Below the pieces are notes generated by a model. It had not been told where the DNA came from and did no database searches. It was given only the letters and a program-made list of their open reading frames with translations. 64,000 bases of DNA from the human T2T-CHM13v2.0 reference genome, Homo sapiens, in assembly GCF_009914755.1 (NCBI RefSeq), contig NC_060928.1. One strand, 5' to 3'. Of this stretch, positions 27,486 through 42,219 are shown piece after piece (the stretch's first letter is position 1; every line of letters starts with the position of its first letter). The position numbers and the translations under genes were made by a program.

Positions 27486-27840
27486 TGACATGGTTTAGCT
27501 GTATGCCCATCCAAATCTCATAGTGAATTCCGACGTGTTGTGGGAGGGACCAGGTGGGAGATAATTGAATCATGGCAGTAGGGCTTTCTCATGCTGGTCT
27601 CATGATAATGAGTTAAGTCTCACGAGATCTGATGGTTTTAAAAATGGGAGATTTCCTGCACAAGCTCTCTCTTTGCCTGCTGCCATCCATGTAAAATGTG
27701 ACTTGCTCCTCCTTGCTTTCCACCACGATTGTGAGGCCTTCCCATCCATGTGGAACTGTAAGTCCATTAAACCTCTTTCTTTTGTAAATTGCCCAGTCTC
27801 TGGTATGTCTTTATTAGCAGCATGAAAACAAACTAATACA
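27486..27840 (+). mobile_element. THE1 (THE1B-like) MaLR solo LTR
   Basis: TG...CA termini (tgacatggtttagctg ... aactaataca), gtctcacgagatctgatgg, ATTAAA signal, and 5-bp TSD gtgtt / gtatt. Confidence 0.9.
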
Positions 27841-27844
27841 GTAT

Positions 27845-28245
27845 TAGAATGCAGGTGAAAAAATTTATTAAAAAGACCCAGCTATAACAATAGCTTAAAT
27901 GTGATAAAAGCTTATTTCTTTAGATATAAGCAATTTGAGGTAACATGGCTTGTACACAATGTTGGGACCCAGTGGCCCTTCTGTCTTGTTGCTCTGCCAT
28001 ACCTGACATATGACCTCTGTCCCATGGTTAGAATGGCATCTTCAGCTCCTGCCATCCTAAGAGTATTGGCAAGAAGGGGAAAGGGAAGCAAGGAAGACAT
28101 TAAAATTTTTAGTTGCATGATCTGAAAGTAACACATGCTACTTTTCCTCATACCGCACTGACAAAAACTTAGTGACTCAGCCATATATAGTGATAGAGGA
28201 AACTAAGAAATTTAGTCTTCAGCTGAGTGGCCATGTGTACCACTT
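27845..28245 (-). mobile_element. MLT1-type MaLR LTR (old)
   Basis: ggacccag...cttctgtcttgttgctctgccat...atggc...cagctcctgccatc...cttagtgactcagccat...gaaatttagtcttcagctgagtggccatgtg. Confidence 0.6.
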
Positions 28246-29169
28246 AGAAAGAATAGAAACTAGACGAATGAAGGTTGAGATAAAATAGTGTATGATCAAC
28301 TCAATCCTACAGAATAGTGTGTTACAATGTCCTCTAATGAAAACTATCAAAATCCTTTGCCCTGTTTAACTCTATTTGATATCTCAAAATCAAAAATATT
28401 TGTGATTAAAAATATATGAAAGCAATTTTAGAAAAAAATTTTGATTCTCAAAGTTACATGCTATAAAATGGGCACTGTGTCACCATTATGAACAATGCAT
28501 CTCATCCCTTTTCTTGATCCAAGTTTTTTTATTTGATGTTGTGTGAAAGACAGACTGGAAGCTGTTGACTTTCTCTATCAAGGCTATTGCACTGCTTTGC
28601 TTTTCCACATTCTTGCTTCAATAACTCATCGCTCAACCCTACCTGATTCATCATAAATTATGATACACTTACCCTATGAACCTTGTGCCACACTGCTTTG
28701 AGAATCACTACTATGAGGAATGGCTAGTTACAGAGGCTTTCTAACTGTAAGTAGCAAATAGTGCATACATTCTACAGGCCCAAGCTCACAATTATGGGAA
28801 GACAAAAGTAGCTAGGTCAGAAAAAAGAGAAGTGACTCCCATAGACTTCCACTGGTCTGTAATTTTATGTCCTTTGACTCAACAGGGAAATGGATCAAAG
28901 ACACAGAGCTAACACCACAGGATCAACTGAAAGAGAAAGAAATAGGTAGAGAATGGAACCTGACTATGCTCGTTAGTTGTGATACAGGCAGTTAAAGCCA
29001 CAGAAGAATCTAACAAGGTGATGCTTGTAAGTTGAAGGAAGAAACTATCCAGGTCCTGAGATGGTATACTGTGCTGATTGAGAGCTTGAGGCCCAGAATC
29101 AGTTCCCTGCACTTGATTCCTGCGGCTGCATTTACTAAGGCTCTTATTGCCAAGCTTCAGCTTCTTTAT

Positions 29170-29480
29170 CTATAACTGTGCTAATATGGTAGCTACTAGC
29201 CACAAGTGGCAATTGAGCACATGAAATATAGTCAGACTGAAATGTGTCTTAAGTATAAAATAAACATCAGAAGTAAAAGACTTAGTAAAAAAAAGAGGGC
29301 AAAATATGTTATTAACAATTTTATATTGATTACATGTTGAAATGAAAATATTTTGGAAAGCTGAAGTTATGAAATACATTATTAAAAATAATTTCACCTG
29401 TTTCTTTTAAAATTTGTAAGTGTCTCTTAGAAAATTTAAAATTATACATGTAGCTCACACTATGTATCTACTAGACAGAT
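29170..29480 (+). mobile_element. MER33 (hAT-Charlie) MITE
   Basis: aatatggtagctactagccacaagtggcaattgagcac...ttttatattgattacatgttgaaatga...tagaaaatttaaaattatacatgtagctcac. Confidence 0.8.
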
Positions 29481-30529
29481 TTCCTTCTCTAACTTTGGGA
29501 ATAGCAACAGTACCTACACCTCACAAGATTGCTCAACAGAGCATATAAAACCTTTAGTATATTGTTAGGCATGTAGTAAAGGTCCAAAGAATGCTAATTA
29601 CCATTCTTTAGCACTTGGAGTTAGAAGGGAAGGGCTAAACTAGGTGCTTTATTCCAGGGTGAGGCAAGGGCTTATGGCTGCACACTGCCGCATCAAGCAG
29701 GAATCAGTCACTGGGGGAGCTGCGGCAGTCCCACAGAAATGCAAGAAGGAGCAGGAGGCAAAAAATTGCAAGCTATATGCCTTAGTTAAGCCAAAAGGGA
29801 GGTCCAAAATGTCTTTTTAAATGGTAGTCAAATGCCATCATGAAATTTTACTTGGTCCTATGCTAAAGTCAGTTGTTTAAATTGTCTCCTTAGATAGCCC
29901 AAATATATAAAATAATTCAGCACTTGCATGCCAAAATTCTTCTAACTAGGAAAAAAAAAAAGTAAAATTTCAGACAAGATTTGTGAGGTAATAATATTTT
30001 GTTATTTTTATGTGTTATACAATAAATACTATTTGATGAGAATTTTGAAGAAAGAGGTGGAAGGAAGAAGAAGAAAATAATTCTGGGGTTCATCCTTCAC
30101 TGGAGGACCAACAGGAACTGAGGTCTTATGTAAATTATCTGAATTTCATTGAGGGGCATTAGAAGGATTTCAAGATTGTTTTAAAATGATTCCAATATCT
30201 CTAACACAGTACTTGAAAGCAACTTCTAAAGCTAAACTTTTGAAACATGGTCATGTGGGGGAAGACAAAAGAAAATAAAAACTATGTATTCACTTTAAAA
30301 ATATTAACTAGCTCTTCAAACATTCTAATTTTTACTTCACCTCACTAACTTCACTACCTGTAGCATGCCTTCTTTACAGGTTGCATGATGTTGAGGGAAT
30401 AATTTGATGCTTATAAACATGGGTGTCAATTAGAAACCTGTTTCAAAGCATTAGTGGAGAATATTAGGAGAAATTCCTATTCAAGAGTATTTTAATCAAT
30501 GGTTTATGGCCACCTTCCCTGCCTCATAA

Positions 30530-30770
30530 GACACTGGGCTCTGGAACCAGACTGCCTGGCCTTGAGTAATATTTTAATGGAAGGGTCATGGCCTTAGAAC
30601 CAAGAACTCCAGGCTGTGGACAGCCTAAGTCTATGACCCTGGGCAAGCTCTGTAAGCCTTTCTATGTCTCAATCTTCTCATCTATTACATGGATATCCAA
30701 AGAACACCTATCTCCCAGAGTTACTGCTGAGTTCATTCATTGCTTAAAACAGAAGCTGAAATATTAGCTC
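30530..30770 (+). mobile_element. MIR
   Basis: gggctctggaaccagactgcctgg...ctatgaccctgggcaag...tctcaatcttctcatct. Confidence 0.55.
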
Positions 30771-32829
30771 CTATCTAAAAATGGTTTAAGTTTCTTTATA
30801 GTGTACAAAAGAATAAAGGCGTATTTGAGGCCAATCAATATTATATTGTTTTGACGCATGATCCTTTAACTTACAATTTCTTCATTTCCCCAACTGAAAT
30901 GATATTTGCCTAGTGTTTTCTTATTAGCATGTTGAAACATACTAAGAAATTGTTATAAAGACAGCCTGAGCTTTCTAGAAACCCTAGAAAGCTTTGACAA
31001 AGAGGTATAGAACGAAATACCCCCAAATAGTTTAGGGTTGCCAATGAGAGGGAGAAAAACTCACTGAAAATCCCTGCAACATTTTTCTGATTTAAATGTC
31101 AGAAAGCAATCTAAAGTTGCATATTATTTGGGAAATGTAAAATCCAAATAATGTACACTTTGTTGGTAGTTCCATGAACTGTTAAAAAGTCAATTACCCA
31201 AACATGAAATGAAAATGTATTTACATCCAAATGATTCTCAATCATCAAATATAAAGAAATTATTACTTTGACATGGGACTCTTTAGCAAAGCCCACCCTT
31301 GCATATATTTGGCTATTTACTTCTAGTTTTCTAATATATAATAGCTCATATTTCCCATTTTTTATTTTTCATTTTCTTCTTTCTAATTGATATACTGATA
31401 GCGCAAAATATGTTCATGAAAACAAAATTTATTTTCTTTCGAATTAAAACTCATTTGGAATTTAGAAAAGGTAAGTAGGGGACAGCTGTGGTTAGGAGGA
31501 ACTATCTGCACACTCTGTCACAGCACAGCCCTCTCAGTCTTTACTTACATCCACAAAAGGGGAACTGCAAGCTATATTATCCAAATTAATGGAGTTTTTA
31601 TAAGGTGTCTATACTTCTAATCACCAAAAACCATACACTAGAATCAACAGTTGATGTAACAGATACATAACAACAATACCGGTCACAATAGTAACAGTTA
31701 CAGCAATAACAACAAAAATTTACTACTCATTGGGCATATCTGTGCTGTGGTTGCAGCGTTTCACTCTTTCTGAGTGACAGGCATGACACTAACACCACTG
31801 AATAGATAGAAAGCTGAGATTTAAAGAGGTGAATATCCTGCTGAGTGGTACAAAGGTAGAAAGTGGCAGACACAAAATGCTAATTTAGAGATTCACAATT
31901 TTAATGTGGACACCATGCTGGATAGGGAGAAAATAAAGTTACTGCTGCACTGTCATTAGGTGATACACCTCAGGTGACCTGCACAGCAGAGATTAAATCA
32001 CACTTCCTATTATCACCTCTTCTTATTTCTGTCATTTTTTTTTTAAGATAAACTGACTGAACCAGAAGTTTGAAAATAAACTGAGAATTCTAAACAGGCT
32101 ACAGAGGAGGAAAAAAGTCTGTAAGATGGCTCATTGCCACCACGTCCTTAATAAACTAAGCTAACCAGCCACAAATTATTTTCTAAGGAGCTAAAATCTT
32201 CTCATGTATTTTTAACATTTCCTCAATTCAGAGTCTCAAGTGGAATGGATATTTTATATCAATAATACAGGCAATTTAATGTCTAGCTTTCACCTACCTT
32301 TGATATATATTTAATAAATACTACCAGCTTATCTCATGAAGAAGGCAAAGCAGTGGTTGAGATTAAGCTAAGGTCCACCTTTGAAGGAGTTGGCCTTTAA
32401 TGTTTAAAACATAAGAAAGAGAATTTCAAATGAATAATGTGTTTCATGCTTGATTATCTGAGAATCTCTTATTCGCCAAATGGTATCCAAATATCCACTC
32501 AAACTTTACCTTTTAAAATTAAATGAAAAATATGTAACTAGGATTTTAAAGAGGATAATGAATTTCTACAAATGTCTGTGAGCAAAGCTGAGTTCTGAAA
32601 CTTGCAGCCTGATTATAATGCTTTGTAAGAAAGAATCAGATTATGCTTATTAACAAAGACCAAAGCAAACATGCATATTACTTCGAGAAAACGGAAAGGG
32701 AAACACAAACGATCCTTTGTTTGAAATGAAAACAAATGTCTGCATGTCATTTCAAAAATATTCTTCATAAGCAATATAGGATGTATGATTCTGAGAGCAA
32801 TTAAAAGAACTAGGTGTATCAAATGCATA

Positions 32830-32843
32830 CCACCAGATGGCAT
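32830..32843 (+). promoter_or_regulatory. Candidate CTCF core motif
   Basis: CCACCAGATGGCA matches the CCASYAGRKGGCR consensus. Motif evidence only. Confidence 0.35.
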
Positions 32844-34289
32844 CTTAAATTAGATAGCACATTCAGAGATCGTGAGAGTTAATAACTGCATTTCTGGGAA
32901 TCAGGTTCATGAATTCCAAGTATATCTTTTCGTATTAAAATATCTGACACAAATCATAAAATCCAGAGAAAACTAACAATAATACTATCTTGAATATGAC
33001 AAAAATATATGAATCTGAAAAGAAAAGCAGTGAAATAAAATGGTGATCTTGACATCTATTTATATGAAGATAAATAAGTCATTAAAAATAGAGGCACAAG
33101 GCAAAAGAAAACTTGGTTAATCATTTGAGGCTTCCCTTATTTCTATCTAAAATTTTTCTTCCTACTACTCTTCATATTAAAATACAATGTTGTTTCATAA
33201 AAATTTCTGAAAAACACTTGATTATCTCATGGATAAGATTTTTTTTCTGTCATTGTATAATCAGTATAATCCTACTTTTTCAAAATACATTTTGCTATAA
33301 ATATTATTTTCATATGATGAACGCGATCTAAAAATGTAACTTCTTAAGACTTTGTTATCTCTTTTAGATATGGATTTACATATATGTATATAGTTTGCTA
33401 CATAGACCTTTTAGGGTTTAATATGAGGAAAAGAACATTGGGCTCTTTTGAAGGCTTTTCCCTACCTCCTCAACAGACTGACTTAGGTATCAAACCATTC
33501 CACAGACTTTCATGTTACTTCATAAGGCAATGCTCAGTGATGCTGCTGGCAAGGCAGACAAAATACAGGAGAAGAATAGCTATCTGACCTCCAGGTCAAA
33601 CACAAAGCCAGGACTGAACTGCCTGAAGGCCTTCTCTCAGGTAATATATTTTCCATTAGCAAGGTGTGGACCTAAAAGCATTTAGTTTATATTTTTAATA
33701 ATATTACACTTTATATACCAAGACAGTAACTTTACAAAATAGTAAACTAGCTGCATGAAAAATTTATATTCTTTTTATTTTATAAATCCACTAAACCACA
33801 GATTCTTCTGTAAGAAACAACTTCCAAACAGACTTGGGTGTTCGTCAACTATCTCATGTGTCTGTGTCCAAAACGCTCCACTAAGAAGACAGAAATCAAT
33901 AAAATCAACAAACTCAGGAAAACAGAACAGACTAAAAAGATAACTGCTATGTAAATGGTTACACTAACACAAAGAAACACACACATATATAAACACATAC
34001 TCTAGAGGTTTTCGTATATTTCCATTATATTATTATCATAATTTACTATGTACAAATCAGCCGTGCAGTTATACTAAAATTATTTTTAAATAGAATAATA
34101 TCCACAAAACCATAATGCATGTTTATGTCCTCAGATGTTCAACATTTAGTAGGATAACAGTATGAAACAAAAATATTATTCAGGACAATACAGTTAATGT
34201 CATGTTACATATGGTTACTTCCAGATTTAATGACTTCATAAACCTGTAACATTAACCTCCACCCCCAAATAAAACAGAAATAGACATAG

Positions 34290-34520
34290 TTGAACTGCTT
34301 GGGATTTAATCCCAATTCTGGCACTTCGTAGCTGGGTAACCATAGTAAGATAGACAATTTCACTGAGCTTTAGTTTCCTCATTTGTAGAATGGAACTGAT
34401 AACAGTACTTTTTTCACAGGGTTATGTGAACACTAAGAGTTAAAAAGTACAGTGTTTATGATAGTGAACGGCAAAAAAAAAAAAAAAAACAAAACCAAAA
34501 CAACCTAACAAGTGTTAGCT
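34290..34520 (+). mobile_element. MIR
   Basis: gggatttaatcccaattctggcactt...cactgagctttagtttcctcatttgtagaatgg. Confidence 0.65.
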
Positions 34521-35879
34521 TTAAAACAAAAACAACTCAGTTTATCCCCCAAAAAACTATAAAAAATTATGATCTACTGTCACCATAGTGTCATACACAA
34601 AAAGAAAGCATGTTCGCTAAAATGAAAATGAAATTTTCACTCTGGATCAGTGAAAATTTTGTCATGGATCGGAACCAGTCAGTGACTGGTATTTCAGACT
34701 GTTCATTATAGTCCATACATGTTACTGACTCAGAAAGAGAATAAAATCAATGAAGTCTGAAATTATTAGGAACACTTCAGTGAGAAGATGGAATATGGAT
34801 AAGATTGGAAACATGAGTATAAAAATGAATATAGCATAGATGAGATTGAAAATATGAGTATTACCTGGGTAGACCAAGGAAAACATCTACAGTTTTTTCC
34901 TTAAAGTACCTAAGAAAATATTCCTTCCTTATCTGGAGGCATTTCAGTATTACCTGAAACACCACTTCTCTTAAAGCCACGATAGTATTGATTTTAATAT
35001 ATTTTAGCCTTCTCCAAAAGAATTAGAGCATTATTACTGCCAGTGATTGTTTTCAAATTTTAAGAATAATAATTCTGGGGATGTTTACCTTCCTGTGAAA
35101 ACAACAGGCATTGCTTTACCAAAGGTGCTTAAATATGTCATTATTTGTGAAAAGTACCAATTCATGAGAACATAAAAGGGATGTTAAAAGGGATATGTAT
35201 ACTGTGTCTTAAAGTAAAACAGTTATTCATGTAACCATGACGTAATTGTAATGACTGTCAAATGTTTCCCATAGATAGCGCTACATGTTTATTGATGTTA
35301 ATAGAGTATTACTGATTCGTACACACAAATACTGAATTACTATGGTTCAGCTATTCTTAATAGAATACTGTATTCATTACCACTCAGCTCACTGATACCT
35401 GATTTTGAGCCCCTGGCTTACATTTTTTGTTTGATACACTGTTCCAGTAGCAACTTTCTATAGTAAACTCCCCAAGAGCTTGTAAAGAAAAGAACTACGA
35501 ATGTTTTTTTCTGGGAAAAACTACACACATAAACTCTATGTCCCAAATATGCCAAGCATTCTGTTTCATCCTGCCTGCTTGTATTATAGAAACACACTTT
35601 TTATTTAAAATATAATAAATTATAATCAACAGTCAAAATAATTTATTTCTTCTACTTCTTGAGGACCCTTCGCATCAGTATTCTTTGTATGTTTTCTTCA
35701 GTAATGAGCAGGAAAACATTGTAGTCACGGGAACAAAAGCCCAAGACTTTAACCCTACAATGCAGAAGTAGAATAGTGTAGTATAATAGCTAAGCATAGG
35801 ATATGTAGATAAATGCCTGTTTAAGGCAAGGTCTTCAGCTTACCCGCTATGAGACTTCAGTTTAGGTTCTTAAACCAAT

Positions 35880-36059
35880 GAATCCCACAGTGTGGTCCCA
35901 GATCCAGAGCATCATCATTATCTGGGAACTCAGATACTCAAATTCTCAGGCCCTACTCCAGACCTACTAAATCAGAAACTCTGGAGGCAGAACTCAGCAA
36001 TCTGTATTTTGTGAAGCCCTACAGGTGATTCTGATCTATGGTCAAGTTTGGAAACACTG
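35880..36059. mobile_element. MER5A (hAT-Charlie) MITE inserted in a MIR
   Basis: agtgtggtccc...aattctcaggccctactccagacctactaaatcagaaactctgg...caggtgattctgat...aagtttggaaacactg. Confidence 0.8.
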
Positions 36060-36509
36060 ACTCCACCTGTCTCCCTTTTCACATTTGTAAAAAGCGTTTC
36101 CAAGAACAACCTTGCAAGACCAGAGGTGAACAGATCAAAGGACTTTGGCTCTCATGCAGTCACCTTTTATAATATAATCACTTTTTTAACCAAGGGCTGA
36201 AATTAAGGAGTATATGGACATCAAAATGATGTGTGGCTGCCACAGGCTGGGACTGAAATGTGCTGACTTGCCAGCAGTGGGCTGGGTACCAAAATAGGTC
36301 TCTGGCTGCAGGACAGGCCCTAAAGATTTGGCCACTAAAATCACAAGTGGGCAAAATGCCCCAGACAAAATATTTTATCTCCATATAAACTAAGGCCACA
36401 TTGCTTCATAGTGACAAATGACACTATGAGGAGAATAAACACTGATCTTTTAGGTCCCAGAAGACACCAGATTCCTATCCCTGCTTAACTCTCCTCAGAG
36501 TGCAGGCAA

Positions 36510-36537
36510 GGGGAATTCTCCTAATTGACGTCAGCTG
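36510..36537. promoter_or_regulatory. Adjacent NF-kB-like site and full CRE palindrome (candidate enhancer core)
   Basis: GGGGAATTCTCC 36510-36521, TGACGTCA 36526-36533, overlapping E-box CAGCTG 36532-36537. Motif evidence only. Confidence 0.35.
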
Positions 36538-37129
36538 CTGTAAGGGAAGGACTGCCATGACCTTAAACTTGGCCACCAGTCCACTCTCACATCCAGGAAC
36601 AAAGCCAGAGGGTTCTCCTGGCAACTGCCTGACATGCTAAATGGCAGGCCCCGGCACTGAGGGAATCCTCTGCTGCCCCAGGGACAAATCCCCCACTGCA
36701 GGAAACAGGCAAACCAGAGAGATTAGCAGTTTGCCCAGCTGATGCTGGCCTATCCCCTCTGCCCAGAGAGCAGAACATGAGTTCTAAATCATTCTATTCA
36801 AAAAACCTAAGCTCCCGGTCTGCTTTTGCATTACAAATGAGTGGAATGTTCTCTGCTAAGTGAAAGGAAAACAGGAAAATATGAGAACTTCAGGGAGAAA
36901 TGTAAATTGGATCCCTGCACAAATCATCTTACTGTTTTCAAGAAGACTTTAAGAGATATTAACGTTTTAAATACAAACTAATCAGATGTTTTAAAATCAA
37001 CTTGAACACTCATTTTATAAAAGGTCTTGTAATAAAAATAGGATTAAATCCCCCTACCCTGCCATGGCTTCCTTGAACAAGTATGAAAGTTTCCTAATCA
37101 CCCCACTCTTAAGAATTCCTCCCCACCTC

Positions 37130-38045
37130 TTCCTACTCATCTCATCCAGGACACTATTCCAGCCACAAACATGATTATGTAACTCTCCTGCTCAAAGATC
37201 CCTTCAACCCCCATTCCCTATAGAATGGTATCAGAGTAAGTGCTGGTTATAGAGATTAATATTTAACCCTAACCTTCCAGCCTCAGTCTCATCCTCCCAT
37301 CTCCACCCCACCTCTCATACCCTTCTGAAACCCTGCCTTCTCACAGCAAACCTCAAAGAACATAACTAGCCACTTTACAAAAAATACCAGTGGCTTCCAT
37401 GTGCTGTTATCTCTGCTCACATCATCCTTCCCCATCTTTTTCACATAGTACAATTGTACTTATCATACATGATACAATTCAATATCATGTAATCTGTCAA
37501 TACTTTCTTGGCTCTCTGCATTCCTTTTGCTGAGTTCTCACACCAGTTTTTAGGTACCTCCATTACAGTTCTTAAAAAACTTATAGTAATTATCTCTTTA
37601 TGTGTCTGACTCCCTTACCTAGACCTTGGATATTCTATGTCTCATATGTTTTATCATCCATAGCCATAACTTTCAATAAGTTCTCAATGCATATTCACAA
37701 CAGGTAGGACCCCAGCTATTTAATAGTTTCTTTTACTCAAAGATGAAATGTAATAATCAAGGAGCACTGTCAAGGAAATACTCATTTAGAAGATAGGAAC
37801 ACATTTTGGTTTTAAATTAGCTATATCCACTTGGATACTTCCTAATTTGCTTGAATACACCTAGGTTATATCCTTTAATTTAGTCAACAATTTAATGTAC
37901 TTATGCTTGGTTAGATATCTGTTTCCATTTTTTCCTGTTATATTCTGAGCCCTTGGAGGGCAAAGACCAGGTCTTATTCACATGTATGTGATATATACCA
38001 CCTGTACCAGGTAAATGTATAATAAACATTTCATTAAATTGGATC
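37130..38045 (+). mobile_element. L2 fragments
   Basis: attatgtaactctcctgctcaaa..., ccttggagggcaaagaccaggtcttattca..., aataaacatttcattaaat. Confidence 0.55.
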
Positions 38046-39306
38046 ACCAAAATGTGTTGCCTCACTGATTTGGGGCCACAGTTTTTCAACGTTCCATTTG
38101 TGTGTTTGCAAGAATACAAAGATAAGTTCAACTACATTTTTTGGGAAAAAAATGTCAAAGAGGAAAAATACTTTTCTTTACAAAATGTCTGCAACACAGA
38201 AATAGTCTTCAAATTAAAAATCTGAAACAGCTACCAGTCTAGTCAGCCATGTTAGCTGAAAGAAAAAAAAAAACAGAACTGGCCTCATGGCCCCCTTGTC
38301 TGGATAAACTTCATCTCTACTCCTATGAAGATGGTTTGCTCACCTATCTAAATCCACACGCTAAATCCGCTTTGTGAGGGCAAGTCCACACTCCTTTACT
38401 CCCTCTCCAGACGGACAGATGCAGGGAGTCAGGGGACTAGGCGGCTTCCTGGTCCTTCTGACTTCTCCAAAATAAAACATAATGAATTTTTAGGGGAAAA
38501 AAATCCTAAATGAACCCAAACCTTTCATTGTCTTATGAACACTTGAAGAGAAAGTCTTTGTTCATTTTAACTTTAAAAAATGCTAAAAGAATGAAGGAAT
38601 ATCTAGATTTCCAATAACTAGGACATTAATTCCTCAGTTTTTCTTAAATGGGGGCAAACCATGGCAAATGTTAGTACAACTCTTCTCTAAACATCTGAGA
38701 CTGAAACATTTTTATTAATAAAAAGTAGGAGGGAAGGACTAGAGGAAAATATGGTAGTGGCTTTTTAATTATAAAATATTGATCACTTCTTTTGAGAGTT
38801 TACATATCTACTACGCTTAATTCTGAATTCCACAAAAGAAGTTATCGGTCAGTAACTTACAGAGTAAGTCTCTGGCTTGACTTACTCACCACTGGTCCAA
38901 TATTGGGTTAATGTTCCTCGAGCCAATTCCTCCTCTACCTGACCCTAAACATAGTTAATACTTCTGAATTACAAATAAGAAAAAATAGCATTGCCAGACA
39001 AAAATAAAATGTAAATAATGTCAATCTCTCTAGAATGGGAATCATTCAAGATATTTTGATAAAGAAAGGTGTAGTCTGATACTCAAAAGAGCTTATCTCT
39101 TTCTTAACAGTCAAATTCAAATATTCATTTGAAGACCAATAATTTTAAAAGAAATTAGCAATCACTAATACATATGAAATACTTTTAGATGCCCCCTTTA
39201 TATCAAAAAGAACACTATTCTATGTCTAAATCAGAATAATATTTAAGAGGAAAATATTTTTAGCTTCTTCAAAAATGAAAACCTGTAAATTAAGCAAACT
39301 CCATAA

Positions 39307-39721
<415 letters not shown>

Positions 39722-39775
39722 TGACCATAAGAAATAACAAAACTAAAACACGAAAAATAAAATAAAAAATAAAAA

Positions 39776-40323
<548 letters not shown>

Positions 40324-40691
40324 TTTTAACTTATACCCTTACTCAACCATTGTGGAAGTCTCGGGATACTTTGTCTAATCTTTCCCAATGAATATCCTGT
40401 GTGCCACTTAGTATTTCTACTTAAAAACAATATCACTTCTTAAAGTATCACTTCAGAAATCATCACCATCTCTAAGTTGCGTTCCACTTTTTAGAGCATT
40501 GCAATCTTACAGATATTTAACACATGAAAATATGTGTATATATGTATAATATACTTACTACTCTAATGTATAGATTCAACAGTAAAAGATTATGATGGGT
40601 AAGGTATTTGAAGACTCACTGGTAACTAGGACTTTTGATTTCATGCTATAAACAACAAAATGTGTATACAAGTGGGCAACCTCCCTCCTCA

Positions 40692-40916
<225 letters not shown>

Positions 40917-42219
40917 CTAATTATTACATTAGCCAAAACTCAACAACAAACAATGCAATAATAACCACCAAATATCCATCCTCATCACAAACCAACTAAT
41001 ATAATATTTTTAGAGTGGCTGAATTAAAATATGATCAAGGGCTATCTATCAAAAATTAAGAACTGCATCCTTCCTTTGATTCTAGATATAATGTGATTGC
41101 TTAAACAAAATTGATAGTTCTTGTTCATCCAGTACTATCTCTTGCATCTATAATATCCTGATTAAGTTAAAAAGAAAAGGAATGAAAAGCAGTTTTCAGT
41201 TCAACAATAATCAACTCTGTGAAAGAAAATAGTTCCTATACATCCAACCATAACCAACTTGTGCAAAGATGGGTCTCCACTAGAAAACAGGCTCCTCTAC
41301 TGGGATTAGAGGAGTGGGAAAAGGTCTACCCAACCAGATTTGCTGCTCTAACTAAAGTCACATCTGAGATAACTAATCTACTCACTGTATAAGAAAACAG
41401 CAGGAATCTGAAAGCAAAAAGGCAAAAGTGCACTGACTACTGATAAGGAAATCAGGATTTGCAGGTGAGTGTGTATGCTCTCACTGAAGGGACCTCCTTA
41501 AAAGTGAAAGATCAGGATGTCAGGGACGAGATACAGGTATTTTTAAAAATGACACAGTGACAAAGTCCAATTATTGCTCAGGCTTGGAGGCAATCATTCT
41601 CTCTTCCACTCACCCGCATCTTCTTAACAGCAAGAAGCTCTCTTGTAGCTAATGCCTTCCTCTACATTTGTGAGTACATTCATTCACTCATTCCGCCAGA
41701 GGACATTCACTAAACTCCTCTAGCTTGCCCTGCATCCAAAGGTCTATGGTCAGAGATGGTACCACAAAGGTTAAATTTGCAATAAATGGCCAATAAGCTA
41801 TTTAAAAACTCATTATTTCTCTGTTTCACATGATGGTTCATTCACTGGACAACTAGAAGTATCTGGCAAGCAGCATAAACATCATCCCATGTATCTTTCA
41901 TGTGCCGTGTGCATTATGAAACAGACATACAGCATCTCCACTGGATGACTCCTCTCTCAGGAGAAGCACTTGATGTTAACGGAATAAACTTGGCCCTCTC
42001 CCTTCCTAAAAGTGTCTCTCAAAGAAGCAAGACTTACAGGAGACCTATGCCAAAAAATTGTGTTAATCTAATGGCATAGATTTGTAATCCCGAGTTAAAT
42101 TATAACTAACAGAAAAGAAAAACTGGGAAATGAACCTGTACAGATGGATGCAAGCATGATTTTCTGGACAATCCAGCCACATCTATTTCACTATGCTGTC
42201 ATATTGAAGCAGTCTTGGC

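Noticed and set aside
34791-34861. Imperfect direct repeat (gattggaaacatgagtat / gattgaaaatatgagtat)
   Set aside because: Two diverged copies only, consistent with an old local duplication. Not an array or CRISPR-like structure.
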